This document shows positions 8,754-17,467 of a stretch of DNA of 32,000 nt, piece by piece. Below the pieces are notes generated by a model. The model worked only from the letters and a program-made list of their open reading frames with translations. It made no database searches and was not told the DNA's origin. The DNA lies in contig NZ_CP008796.1 in assembly GCF_000734015.1 (NCBI RefSeq), forward strand, positions 180,001-212,000, read 5' to 3'. Source of the stretch: Thermodesulfobacterium commune DSM 2178. Its GTDB lineage: Bacteria; Desulfobacterota; Thermodesulfobacteria; Thermodesulfobacteriales; Thermodesulfobacteriaceae. Numbering within the stretch: the stretch's first letter is position 1; each line of letters begins with the position of its first letter. Both the position numbers and the translations under genes were made by a program.

Positions 8754-10239
8754 CTGGTCTTGGTTTTTGCCTTATTTACAACAAAAATTTTCAGGTGAAA
8801 ACTTACGCTCAGGAGATTTTTTTAGGTACTCAACTCCAGAGCTTTTTTTACACTATCCTAAAGAAAAACTTTTGCCACTTTTACTGATAGAAAGATATCT
8901 GTGGGAAAATGTTGACAGAAGTTTTTTTAAAAGTGAGATGTTAAGTTTAGTGCTTGAAAAAGAAAAGGTAAAAGGATATCTTTTTAGATGTCCTGAGACT
9001 TTTTTAGAAAACCTGGACGGATTTTCCTTTATAAGGATAGAAAAAAATCTGTTTTTTTATCCTATTGCTTGGGGAGGTTTGACCAAGCTTCTTTTTTCTC
9101 TTTGGAAAAAAGAAGTCCCTTTTATAGCGGTTGAGGTGGAACTGGAAACCTTAGAGGATTGTAAACAGTTTTTAGAGATACCTCAACGGTTAGACTTTAG
9201 TAGATTTAGCCTCTCAACCAAAGAACACCTACAGAATTATCTCCCTTTTGAGAATTTAAGGTTGGCTAACACTATAGAAGAAAGGTTTTTAACTGAAGGA
9301 GACTTTATCTTCTTAGCAGACAAAAAAGAGTCTATTTTAGAACTGCAGTTTAACGATGTAGAGATATTAGAAAGATTAGAAAATCAAGAAAGATTGTTGC
9401 TGGTAGGAAAAGGAATCCTTAGTTCCTTATTGGCTAATACACAGGGTTTGTTTAAGAACATAGGGGTTCTTACCAAAGAAGTCTGGGATTTCTATAGAGT
9501 TGAAGGTGCTTCGCCTTTGATGTATACTGTTTCTGCTCTAGAGCATGCAAGAAGGTTGAAAGGGGAAAACAAGGTAATTTTTGAGGGTTTTAGTTATCAT
9601 GTGTTAGGAGACCTTTACTATGAATGGGAAGATTTAGGTAAAGCCTTGAAATACTATAACTTAGCCGAAAACTATACTAAACAACCGATAGAGCTTGCTT
9701 TAAGTAAGGGGGCTATCTACTATCTTTTAGGAGATTTTGATAAAGCAGAAAAGATATTAAAATCTCGTCTTTGTGGATGTGAGAAGGAAGACCCTACCAT
9801 TCATTACAACCTGGGCTTGATCTATTATCAAAAAGGAGATTATGAAAAAGGAAGGTATCACTTTTACAAGGCCCATCTTTTGGAGCCAAAAAATCATGTT
9901 TTTAGAGAGGCTTTGGTAAAATTTTTATGGGATATAGGTGCTTATCAAGAGTTAGAAGAGGTTCTTTCAAACACAAACAAGTTAACTCTTAAAGAAGAGT
10001 TGTATTTAGGAAAGCTATTTTTTCAACAAAAGAAGTATGAACAAGCCTTTGATTTGTTAAAAAAGACTTTAAATCTTCCAGAAAGAGACGGAGAAACTCT
10101 AAGTTTCTTAGCCTGGCTTTATGTTTATTTTAACAAAGAAAAAGAGGTTTCTGAGCTGCTGAAACAAGAGGCTAAAAAATTACTTACTGAAAAAGAGAAA
10201 AAAAGATTGGCTGAAGAGTTTGGGATTAGTTTTACATGA
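8731..10239 (+). CDS. TPR-repeat protein with an uncharacterised ~270-aa N-terminal region
   Basis: The C-terminal half has TPR-like repeats (HVLGDLYYEWEDLGKALKYYNLA, ALSKGAIYYLLGDFDKAEKIL, HYNLGLIYYQKGDYEKGRYHFYKAHLLEP). The N-terminal half has no motif I recognise. AGAGG lies 7 nt upstream of the ATG at 8731. The gene overlaps selA by 23 nt. Confidence 0.65.
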   Translation: MSLRVPPNWSWFLPYLQQKFSGENLRSGDFFRYSTPELFLHYPKEKLLPLLLIERYLWENVDRSFFKSEMLSLVLEKEKVKGYLFRCPETFLENLDGFSFIRIEKNLFFYPIAWGGLTKLLFSLWKKEVPFIAVEVELETLEDCKQFLEIPQRLDFSRFSLSTKEHLQNYLPFENLRLANTIEERFLTEGDFIFLADKKESILELQFNDVEILERLENQERLLLVGKGILSSLLANTQGLFKNIGVLTKEVWDFYRVEGASPLMYTVSALEHARRLKGENKVIFEGFSYHVLGDLYYEWEDLGKALKYYNLAENYTKQPIELALSKGAIYYLLGDFDKAEKILKSRLCGCEKEDPTIHYNLGLIYYQKGDYEKGRYHFYKAHLLEPKNHVFREALVKFLWDIGAYQELEEVLSNTNKLTLKEELYLGKLFFQQKKYEQAFDLLKKTLNLPERDGETLSFLAWLYVYFNKEKEVSELLKQEAKKLLTEKEKKRLAEEFGISFT

Positions 10240-10997
10240 GAATAACTATTTTAGGCTCTGGGACCGGATGGATAAGACTTGACCGAAACTCTCCAGGTTA
10301 TCTGGTAGAAAAAGATGGTTTTTTACTGGTTCTTGACCTTGGTTATGGTGTATTAAAACAGATTTTAAAGCTTGGTTATAGTTTAGAAGACCTTTCAGCA
10401 ATTTTTATTTCTCATTTTCATCCAGACCATCTTTCTGACCTTATTCCTTTCTTTTTTGCCAGCCGCTACAAGCTTGGTTATCGAAGGCTTCAACCGGTAC
10501 ATGTCTATGCACCAAAGGGGTTCTTAACCTTTCTTGAAAAATTAAATCAGGCCTTGAACCATTGGGTTGAACCCCCGAAAGAGATTTTTAGGTTGATTGA
10601 ACTTCCGTTAACAGAAGGGTATGAATTTTCGATAGGACCTTTTAAAGCCAAGACCTCCCCGGTTAAACATAATCCTGAAAGTTTAGCCATTAGGTTAGAA
10701 ACCCAGGGGAAAAGTCTGGTGTATTCTGGAGATACTGGTTTTTGTAGCTCTCTTATAAGGCTTGCTGAAAAAGCAGATGTTCTTATTTTAGAATGTGCTA
10801 ATTCAGAAGATTTTAAGGTAGAGGGGCATCTTTCTCCTACAGAGGCAGGGGTTATCGCAGAAGAAAGTAGAGTAGGTAAACTTATCCTTTCTCATTTTTA
10901 TCCTCATAGTGAAAAAAAAGAAATACCAGATATAATAAAAAAACATTTTTCAGGTGAGGTAATTTTAGCTGAAGATTTTATGGTTTTAACTTTATGA
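10236..10997 (+). CDS. MBL-fold metallo-hydrolase (short RNase Z / YhfI-like)
   Basis: It has the HxHxDH motif ISHFHPDHLSDL, then YSGDTG, and a C-terminal LSHFYP histidine. 253 aa. ATGA overlaps occur at both ends. Confidence 0.75.
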   Translation: MRITILGSGTGWIRLDRNSPGYLVEKDGFLLVLDLGYGVLKQILKLGYSLEDLSAIFISHFHPDHLSDLIPFFFASRYKLGYRRLQPVHVYAPKGFLTFLEKLNQALNHWVEPPKEIFRLIELPLTEGYEFSIGPFKAKTSPVKHNPESLAIRLETQGKSLVYSGDTGFCSSLIRLAEKADVLILECANSEDFKVEGHLSPTEAGVIAEESRVGKLILSHFYPHSEKKEIPDIIKKHFSGEVILAEDFMVLTL

Positions 10998-11380
10998 CAT
11001 CTCTTAAAATAATCTGGCAAAAAGGAAAAGAAGAAAACCCCCTTGCTGAAAGGATGAACCTTACTTATCTAAACCTGGAAAGAGCACTTATGACGTTAAC
11101 CCCTATTTTACTTGAGATGGGGGTTAAGGTTGAGTTTGAGAAAGTGGAGGTAGAAGAAAGACCTAAGAACCTTAAAGATTGGCAAAAAAGGATTTTAATA
11201 GAGGATAAATTTATAGAGGACTTTTTAGACATAGAAACAAGACAAAGTTTTTGTTTGGGACTGTGTGGTAAAGTATGTGATGTGTTGTGTAAAGATAAGA
11301 TTGAAGAAATCCCTGACCATCTTATTATTGCAGCGGTTTTTCACGTGGTAAGAGAAAAATTAGACAAAATGGAGGGTTAA
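10994..11380 (+). CDS. DUF2703-like small thioredoxin-fold-type protein (degenerate N-terminal Cys pair, C-x3-C-x3-C-x3-C cluster)
   Basis: The pattern LKIIWQ...GVKVEFEKVEV...RILIEDKFIEDFL...C-rich...EIPDHLIIAAVF matches my recollection of the DUF2703 (PF10865) family layout. The usual early CxxC is absent. This is not verified by HMM. Confidence 0.45.
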   Translation: MTSLKIIWQKGKEENPLAERMNLTYLNLERALMTLTPILLEMGVKVEFEKVEVEERPKNLKDWQKRILIEDKFIEDFLDIETRQSFCLGLCGKVCDVLCKDKIEEIPDHLIIAAVFHVVREKLDKMEG

Positions 11381-11391
11381 AATGGAGGGTT
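11366..11391. repeat. Perfect 13-bp tandem duplication (AAAATGGAGGGTT x2) spanning the ORF boundary
   Basis: Positions 11366-11378 are identical to 11379-11391, and the periodicity breaks on both flanks. The repeat contains the upstream stop, and the SD and start of the downstream ORF. Confidence 0.95.
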
Positions 11392-11600
11392 TAGACCCTA
11401 AGATTCTAAATAAACTGAAGCAAAAGGTTCAGAAAGAACTTGCCTTAAAAGAGATAGAGACGATAGAATACTGGCTTAACGAACTTTTAAAGGTTTATCA
11501 GAAAAACCATCAAAGTTTAGCTGAGTTTAAGGCTGAAATCAGACAGTTTATAGATAGGATGAAAAATCGGTTAGAGATTTTAAAAACTAAAGGATATTAA
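11382..11600 (+). CDS. Hypothetical 72-aa helical (coiled-coil-like) protein
   Basis: GGAGGG lies 5 nt upstream of the ATG. The sequence is heptad-like and charged (KLKQKVQKELALKEIETIEYWLNELLKVYQK). I recognise no family. Confidence 0.45.
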   Translation: MEGLDPKILNKLKQKVQKELALKEIETIEYWLNELLKVYQKNHQSLAEFKAEIRQFIDRMKNRLEILKTKGY

Positions 11601-11612
11601 AAGGAGCAGAAG

Positions 11613-13004
11613 ATGAAATATATAAGCACAAGAGGAGGAATGGAAAAACTTTCTTTTAAGCAGACCGTGTTTGAGGGATTGGCTCCTGATGGTGGTTTGA
11701 TCATCCCAGAGAAAGTCCCCACACTATCTCCTGAAGAGATAAAACATTTAAGTTCTCTTTCTTACCAAGAACTTGCTTTAAATGTGTTTAGGTACTTTAT
11801 AGACGATATGCCAGAAGAAGAACTAAAAGAAATCATCGATAGATCTTATCAAACTTTCAGGACTAAAGAGGTTACTCCAGTAGTAAAAGCAGGAGACTTT
11901 TATATCTTAGAACTTTTCCATGGACCTACCTGGGCCTTTAAAGATGTAGCGTTGCAGTTTTTAGGAAATCTTTTTGAAAAGCTTTTGTTAGAAACAGGAA
12001 AAAAGATAAATATTTTAGGTGCTACTTCAGGAGATACCGGGTCTGCAGCTATATATGGGGTGAGGGGTAAGAAAAACATCGCTATTTTTATCCTCTATCC
12101 TTATAAAAGAGTTTCTGAAGTTCAGGCTTTAATGATGAATACTGTGACTGATGAAAATGTTTTTAACTTGGCAATAGAAGGTACCTTTGATGACTGTCAG
12201 GCAATAGTGAAAAAAATTTTTATGGACCTTGAATTTAAAAGAAAATACAGACTTACGGCGATTAACTCCATCAACTGGGCCAGGGTTATGGCTCAGATGG
12301 TTTATTACTTTTGGGCTTATTTTAGGGTTTGTGAAAAAGAAGGGGTAGAAAAGATAATTTTCTCTGTACCTACAGGAAACTTTGGGGATATTTTTGCTGG
12401 TTATTTAGTAAGAAGAATGTTAGGTAACGAAAGAATTCCTAAGCTAATCCTGGCTACCAATGAGAATGATATTTTATATAGGTTTGTAAATTTTGGGGAT
12501 TATTCCTTAGGCACGGTAAAACCTACTATTAGCCCTTCTATGGATATTCAGGTAGCGAGTAATTTTGAACGCTACCTTTACTACCTTTTAGGAGAGGATC
12601 CTGAAAAAACTAAACAGGCTATGGAGAGGTTTGCTTCTGAAAAGGCTTTAAGGTTTGATCAAGAAATGATAGAAAGAATTCAACAAGATTTTATGTCTGA
12701 CCGGGCTACAGAAGAGGAAATCCTTAGTACGATTAAGACTTTTTATCAAGAAACCGGGTATATTTTAGACCCACATACTGCTGTAGGGGTAAAAGCAGCT
12801 AAACGTTTTAAAGAGGATATACCTATAGTTTGCTTGGCTACCGCCCATCCTGCCAAATTTCCTGAAACAGTAAGCAAGGCCTTAGGTTTTGAGTTAGACC
12901 TTCCTCTTGAAATTAAAAAGCTTTATCAACTTCCTCAAAAATATGAGGTATTACCTGCTTCAATAAGTAAAGTAAAGGAATTTATTGAGACAAAGGCTGT
13001 TTAA
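11613..13004 (+). CDS. thrC: Threonine synthase (long form)
   Basis: FHGPTWAFKDVALQFLG carries the PLP lysine. GATSGDTGSAA is also present. AAGGAG is the RBS. 463 aa. Confidence 0.9.
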   Translation: MKYISTRGGMEKLSFKQTVFEGLAPDGGLIIPEKVPTLSPEEIKHLSSLSYQELALNVFRYFIDDMPEEELKEIIDRSYQTFRTKEVTPVVKAGDFYILELFHGPTWAFKDVALQFLGNLFEKLLLETGKKINILGATSGDTGSAAIYGVRGKKNIAIFILYPYKRVSEVQALMMNTVTDENVFNLAIEGTFDDCQAIVKKIFMDLEFKRKYRLTAINSINWARVMAQMVYYFWAYFRVCEKEGVEKIIFSVPTGNFGDIFAGYLVRRMLGNERIPKLILATNENDILYRFVNFGDYSLGTVKPTISPSMDIQVASNFERYLYYLLGEDPEKTKQAMERFASEKALRFDQEMIERIQQDFMSDRATEEEILSTIKTFYQETGYILDPHTAVGVKAAKRFKEDIPIVCLATAHPAKFPETVSKALGFELDLPLEIKKLYQLPQKYEVLPASISKVKEFIETKAV

Positions 13005-13016
13005 AACCTATACACA

Positions 13017-13841
13017 ATGAAGATAAATAAGCTTAAACTGTCTATTGTTTTAGGTTTGTTGAGTTTATTTCTTAGTTGGTATGCAGTAAAAAAGACATAT
13101 TTTTTTAATGAGTTTTTAGGTTTTTTTCTTTCTCCTTTTTGGAAAGGTGCTACCTATTCTGGAGAAAAAAGCAGGGGTTTTTTAGAAAATTATCTATTTT
13201 TGGTAAACTTAAAAAAAGAAAATGAAAAACTTAAAGAAGAAATCTTACTTTTAAAAGCTCAATTGGCTCAATATCAAGAAAGAGAAAGGGTTTACTTAGA
13301 GTTAGAAAAATTTTATAAAATTTCCTCTAAGCTTAACTATCCTAAAATAGCCGCACGGGTTATTTATAAACCTTTCGACTACTTTTTTGACCTTATTTTT
13401 ATAGACAAAGGGAGTAAGGATGGGGTGATGCCTCAGATGCCTGTGTTGGCTATTGCAGGTGGTGAGGCAGTGGCTTTGATAGGGCAGGTGGTTGAGGTGT
13501 ATAACCATTGGAGTAAGGTTATTTTGATAAACCATCCTTCTTTTGCCGCAGATGTTAAGGTTTTAAGGACCGGAGACCGCGGTATTTTAAGAGGAAGGGC
13601 AGAATCTCATCCTTTTGTATATTATCTACCTTCAGATGCCCAGGTACAGGCAGGAGATGAGGTTATTACTTCAGGACAGGACGGTCTTTTCCCTCCAGAC
13701 CTTTTGGTAGGACAGATAGTTAATGTATATCGAGACCCTGCTCAAAGTGTTTTTAAAATGGCTGAAATAGCTTCTTTGGTAGACCTTTATCGTGTTGATA
13801 TGGTTTTTGTACTGGCTAAAATTCCTGAGATAAGTTTTTAA
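13017..13841 (+). CDS. mreC: Rod shape-determining protein MreC
   Basis: It has an N-terminal TM segment, a coiled coil (LKKENEKLKEEILLLKAQLAQYQE), then the beta-rich MreC core (VITSGQDGLFPPDLLVGQI). It precedes mreD, mrdA and rodA. Confidence 0.85.
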   Translation: MKINKLKLSIVLGLLSLFLSWYAVKKTYFFNEFLGFFLSPFWKGATYSGEKSRGFLENYLFLVNLKKENEKLKEEILLLKAQLAQYQERERVYLELEKFYKISSKLNYPKIAARVIYKPFDYFFDLIFIDKGSKDGVMPQMPVLAIAGGEAVALIGQVVEVYNHWSKVILINHPSFAADVKVLRTGDRGILRGRAESHPFVYYLPSDAQVQAGDEVITSGQDGLFPPDLLVGQIVNVYRDPAQSVFKMAEIASLVDLYRVDMVFVLAKIPEISF

Positions 13842-13849
13842 AGTTTGAG

Positions 13850-14353
13850 ATGAATCTTATAGAATTTTTTTTTATAGGGATCCCTTTAGTTTTTGTGGTA
13901 TTTTTTTTAAAAGGTTTTTTACAATCTTTTTTCTTGACTCCTGTAGGTAATCCTTTTTTGAGTATAGCCCTAATTTTTTTAAGCTATAGAAACGTTAATG
14001 TTTGCTTATGGGTGTACCTTTTAATTTTAGGCTTTATAAGTGGGATAGAAACCAACCAAGAGATTTTGAACGTAGCGGTTTTTTTTCTTATGGGATTAGT
14101 TTTTGATTGGTTTAAAGGATATTTAAACTTAAACAATATTAGAAATAAGCTGTTTTTTTGGGGTATTAACCTGTTAGTTTTTTTTATCATTAAGCTGTTT
14201 TTATTTCTTCTTTGGACCGTACCTTTTACCTTTGCTTTCAGTTTTTGGGCTCATCAGATTCAAAAGTTGTTTCACTTTTTTGTGGTTACCTTGGGATGGA
14301 CTTTAGGGCTTGAATCTTTTCTTAAAGATCTGTTGATTAGAAAAAATGAATAA
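13850..14353 (+). CDS. mreD: Rod shape-determining protein MreD (polytopic membrane protein)
   Basis: A 167-aa, very hydrophobic protein in the canonical position between mreC and PBP2. The call rests on context and size; the sequence motifs are weak. Confidence 0.65.
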   Translation: MNLIEFFFIGIPLVFVVFFLKGFLQSFFLTPVGNPFLSIALIFLSYRNVNVCLWVYLLILGFISGIETNQEILNVAVFFLMGLVFDWFKGYLNLNNIRNKLFFWGINLLVFFIIKLFLFLLWTVPFTFAFSFWAHQIQKLFHFFVVTLGWTLGLESFLKDLLIRKNE

Positions 14354-16292
14354 TAGGTGGATGAAGAACAGAACCTTTGTAATTCAAGACTTAAGTAAAG
14401 TTAAGCAAAAAATTTTAAAATCTGATTTTTGGGAAAAAAGGGTTCTTTGGGCAAAAGTTTTGTTATTTTTTATCTTAGCGGTTCTTTGGAGTAGGTTTTT
14501 TTACTTACAGGTTATAAAACATTCATACTATGTTAAAAAAGCTAAGTCTCGTTCGGTAGTAACCTATACTATTAAAGCTCCGCGAGGTAACATCATCACC
14601 ACAGATGGGGTAGTAGTAGCTACAAATAAAGCGGTTTTTAATCTATACATAGATGTAGAGGGTATTAAAGATAAAGAGGATGAAGTATTATATAAATTAA
14701 GTAAACTTTTAAAAGAAGATTTTGGAAGTCTAAAAGAGCGATTTTACCTTTTAAAAAAAACTTCAATAAGCCGAGTGCTTTTAAAGTCTGATTTACAATG
14801 GGATGAAGTGGCTAAAATTATGGTAAGGCTTTACTATTTACCTGGGGTAAGTATAGAAGTAGAGTCAGAGCGGTATTATCCCTATGGAGAAGCTTATTTT
14901 CATCTAATAGGTTATGTTTCTAAGATTAACCGAGAGGAGTATCTTAAACTTAAAGATAAAGGATATTCTGTAGAGGATTTGATAGGAAGGCAGGGGTTAG
15001 AAAAGGTTTTTGAGGAGGAACTTAAGGGTAAAAATGGATATGTTGAAATCGAAAGAGATGCCTATGGTAGGTTAGGAAGAGTGATTGCCCGTACCGAACC
15101 TATAGCTGGAAACGACCTTATTTTAACCATAAACCATAATCTTCAGCTCACAGCCTATGAATTGCTTAAAGGTAAACGAGGGGCCATCGTAGCTCTTTCT
15201 CCTTTTGACGGAGGTATTTTGGCGATGGTTAGTGCTCCCTCTGTTGACCCTCAGAAGTTTATTATAGGATTTACTAAGGAAGAATGGCAAGCTATCTCAT
15301 CTGCTAAAGAAAGCCCTTTTTTAAATAAAGCTCTAAGGGCTTATCCTCCAGGTTCAACCTATAAGGTTATCACTGCTTTAACTGCACTCAGAAAAGGGGT
15401 GATAACCAACCCCAGTCAATCTGTTTTTTGTCCAGGATATTTTAATTTTGGTACCAGGACTTTTAAGTGTTGGGAACATCGAGGACACGGAACCGTAGGG
15501 TTGATAAAGGCTATAGCGGTTTCCTGCGATGTCTATTTTTATACCTTAGGAACTAAACTTGATGTAGACGATATAGCCAGTGTGTCTAAAGAATTTGGTT
15601 TAGGGCAAAAAGCCTTAGGTTGGCCAGAGGAAGACGCTGGACTTGTACCTGATAGGGCCTGGAAAAGGAAAAGACTAAAACAAGATTGGTTTCCAGGAGA
15701 GACTGTAGTTCTTTCAATAGGACAGGGATACATTTTAACTTCTCCGTTACAATTAGCTAAGCTTTATATGGTCATAGCCAACGGTGGATATCTATACCGA
15801 CCTTATATAGTAAAAACCATCCAAAAAGTGGATGGGACTAAAATAGAATTTCAACCAGTTTTAGAAAAAAAGATAGAAATGACCCCTCAACACTTAGAAT
15901 GGATAAGACAAGGTCTAATAGAGGTGGTCCGGTCTGGGACTGCTAAGTCAGCTGCGGTGCCAGGTATAATGGTAGCTGGTAAAACTGGTACTGCTCAGGT
16001 TGTTTCTTTGTCTGCTAAGACAAAACATCTTGAACATCACGCCTGGTTTGTAAGTTATGCAGGAAAGGGAACTCCAGAGATAGTTAGCACAATTTTTGTA
16101 GAACATGGAGGTAGTGGAGGAGGAGTTGCTGCACCTCTTGCAAGAGAACTTTACAAGGTATTTTTTAAAATTTCTACACCTCCTAACCAAGCTTTAGAAG
16201 AAGAGAGAGAGGAGATACCAGAAGTTGGAGAAAATTTTACCGGAGAAATAGTTAATCCTTTAGAGGAAGAAAATGCAGGTGAAAAAAGATAA
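14346..16292 (+). CDS. mrdA: Penicillin-binding protein 2 (elongasome transpeptidase)
   Basis: The motifs are SxxK (PGSTYKV), SxN-type (LSIGQG) and KTG (GKTGTAQ). It has an N-terminal TM anchor and the PBP dimerisation region. The acidic C-terminal tail overlaps rodA by 20 nt. Confidence 0.9.
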   Translation: MNNRWMKNRTFVIQDLSKVKQKILKSDFWEKRVLWAKVLLFFILAVLWSRFFYLQVIKHSYYVKKAKSRSVVTYTIKAPRGNIITTDGVVVATNKAVFNLYIDVEGIKDKEDEVLYKLSKLLKEDFGSLKERFYLLKKTSISRVLLKSDLQWDEVAKIMVRLYYLPGVSIEVESERYYPYGEAYFHLIGYVSKINREEYLKLKDKGYSVEDLIGRQGLEKVFEEELKGKNGYVEIERDAYGRLGRVIARTEPIAGNDLILTINHNLQLTAYELLKGKRGAIVALSPFDGGILAMVSAPSVDPQKFIIGFTKEEWQAISSAKESPFLNKALRAYPPGSTYKVITALTALRKGVITNPSQSVFCPGYFNFGTRTFKCWEHRGHGTVGLIKAIAVSCDVYFYTLGTKLDVDDIASVSKEFGLGQKALGWPEEDAGLVPDRAWKRKRLKQDWFPGETVVLSIGQGYILTSPLQLAKLYMVIANGGYLYRPYIVKTIQKVDGTKIEFQPVLEKKIEMTPQHLEWIRQGLIEVVRSGTAKSAAVPGIMVAGKTGTAQVVSLSAKTKHLEHHAWFVSYAGKGTPEIVSTIFVEHGGSGGGVAAPLARELYKVFFKISTPPNQALEEEREEIPEVGENFTGEIVNPLEEENAGEKR

Positions 16293-17364
16293 TTATAAAG
16301 AGGCCATAAAAAGAAATTTAAAGGGTTTTTTAGTGGTTTTATCATTATTTGTTCTAGGGAATATCCATCAGTTTTTTCTTGCTGAAAATGTAGCCTTTTT
16401 TATAAAAAATTTATTGTGGCATGTTCTAGGCCTTTCTATCTTTTTCTTTTTGCTTTTCTTTACAGATTATAAAAAGGTGTCTTTCAAAACACTTTGGTAT
16501 GCTTATTGGTTTTTAAACTTAGTTTTGTTTGTCATGTTAATATTCCATAAGCGTTGGTTAAATTTAGGATTTTTGTCCTTACAACCTTCAGAGTTTGTTA
16601 AGTTTATTTTGTTGTGGTTGATAAGTCTATATTTAAGTAGAGAACCTTCTGAAGTAATCCCCCCCAAAAAACTACTTAAGATATTTGGGTTGATTGCTTT
16701 GCCCCTTATTTTAATCATGCCGACTGATCTTGACTATGCGTTTATCATGGGAGTGATGTTTTTTTCTTGGTTACTTTTTATTGGAATACCTAAAAGAATT
16801 TTTATACTGCTTTTGAGTGGTGTTCTTTTATTTTCTTTTTTGTTTGTTCCTATAGCATGGCAAAAATTAAAGCCTCACCAAAAAGGGAGAATTTATGGAT
16901 ATCTTGAACCTGAAAAGTATGCTAAAACATGGGGATATCAGTTAAACCAGTCTCTTATAGCTATAGGTTCTGGTGGTCTGACAGGACAAAAATTTTATAA
17001 AGGTTGGTCTACCCGTTTAGGATATTTACCTGCTAAGCATACCGACTTAGCCTTTGCTGTTTGGGCAGAAACTTGGGGTTTATTAGGGGTTTCAGTTTTT
17101 TTAGTGCTTTATGGTTATTTGATTTATTTCGGAATCTGTGTTTCTCAAACTACCAAAGACTGGTTTGGTAAATATTTAAGCTTAGGGGTAAGTTTAATTT
17201 TTTTATGGCAATTGTTTTTTAACTTAGGTGGTTGTTCAGGTTTATTACCCATGACTAGTATTCCTTTACCTTTTTTAAGTTACGGCGGTTCTATCACGGT
17301 TTCGGTCTATATTTTACTGTATTTGCTATTTAACGTGGCAATAAAAAAGTATTTCTTTAAATAA
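16273..17364 (+). CDS. rodA: SEDS-family peptidoglycan polymerase RodA
   Basis: It is a polytopic FtsW/RodA/SpoVE-type protein with GYQLNQSLIAIGSGGLTGQ, HTDLAFAVWAETWG and PLPFLSYGGS motifs. It lies directly after PBP2. Confidence 0.9.
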   Translation: MQVKKDNYKEAIKRNLKGFLVVLSLFVLGNIHQFFLAENVAFFIKNLLWHVLGLSIFFFLLFFTDYKKVSFKTLWYAYWFLNLVLFVMLIFHKRWLNLGFLSLQPSEFVKFILLWLISLYLSREPSEVIPPKKLLKIFGLIALPLILIMPTDLDYAFIMGVMFFSWLLFIGIPKRIFILLLSGVLLFSFLFVPIAWQKLKPHQKGRIYGYLEPEKYAKTWGYQLNQSLIAIGSGGLTGQKFYKGWSTRLGYLPAKHTDLAFAVWAETWGLLGVSVFLVLYGYLIYFGICVSQTTKDWFGKYLSLGVSLIFLWQLFFNLGGCSGLLPMTSIPLPFLSYGGSITVSVYILLYLLFNVAIKKYFFK

Positions 17365-17390
17365 TTTTATTTTTTGTAATGTTTTAAAAC

Positions 17391-17418
17391 TTGACTTTTT
17401 GAAAATTTATAATACAAA
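17391..17418 (+). promoter_or_regulatory. Putative promoter of the atp block (ambiguous geometry)
   Basis: TTGACT is at 17391-17396. TATAAT at 17408-17413 is only 11 nt away, and TACAAA at 17413-17418 would give a 16-nt spacer. A strong SD (AGGAG, 17453-17457) precedes the ATG at 17468. Confidence 0.35.
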
Positions 17419-17467
17419 TGTAGCTTTAAGATGATTAAAAAAGTTTAGGTAAAGGAGTGGACGAAAG

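Noticed and set aside
17391-17413. TTGACT plus a perfect TATAAT upstream of the atp block, considered as a textbook promoter
   Set aside because: The two hexamers are only 11 nt apart, which is incompatible with sigma-70 geometry. A lower-scoring pairing is reported with low confidence instead.
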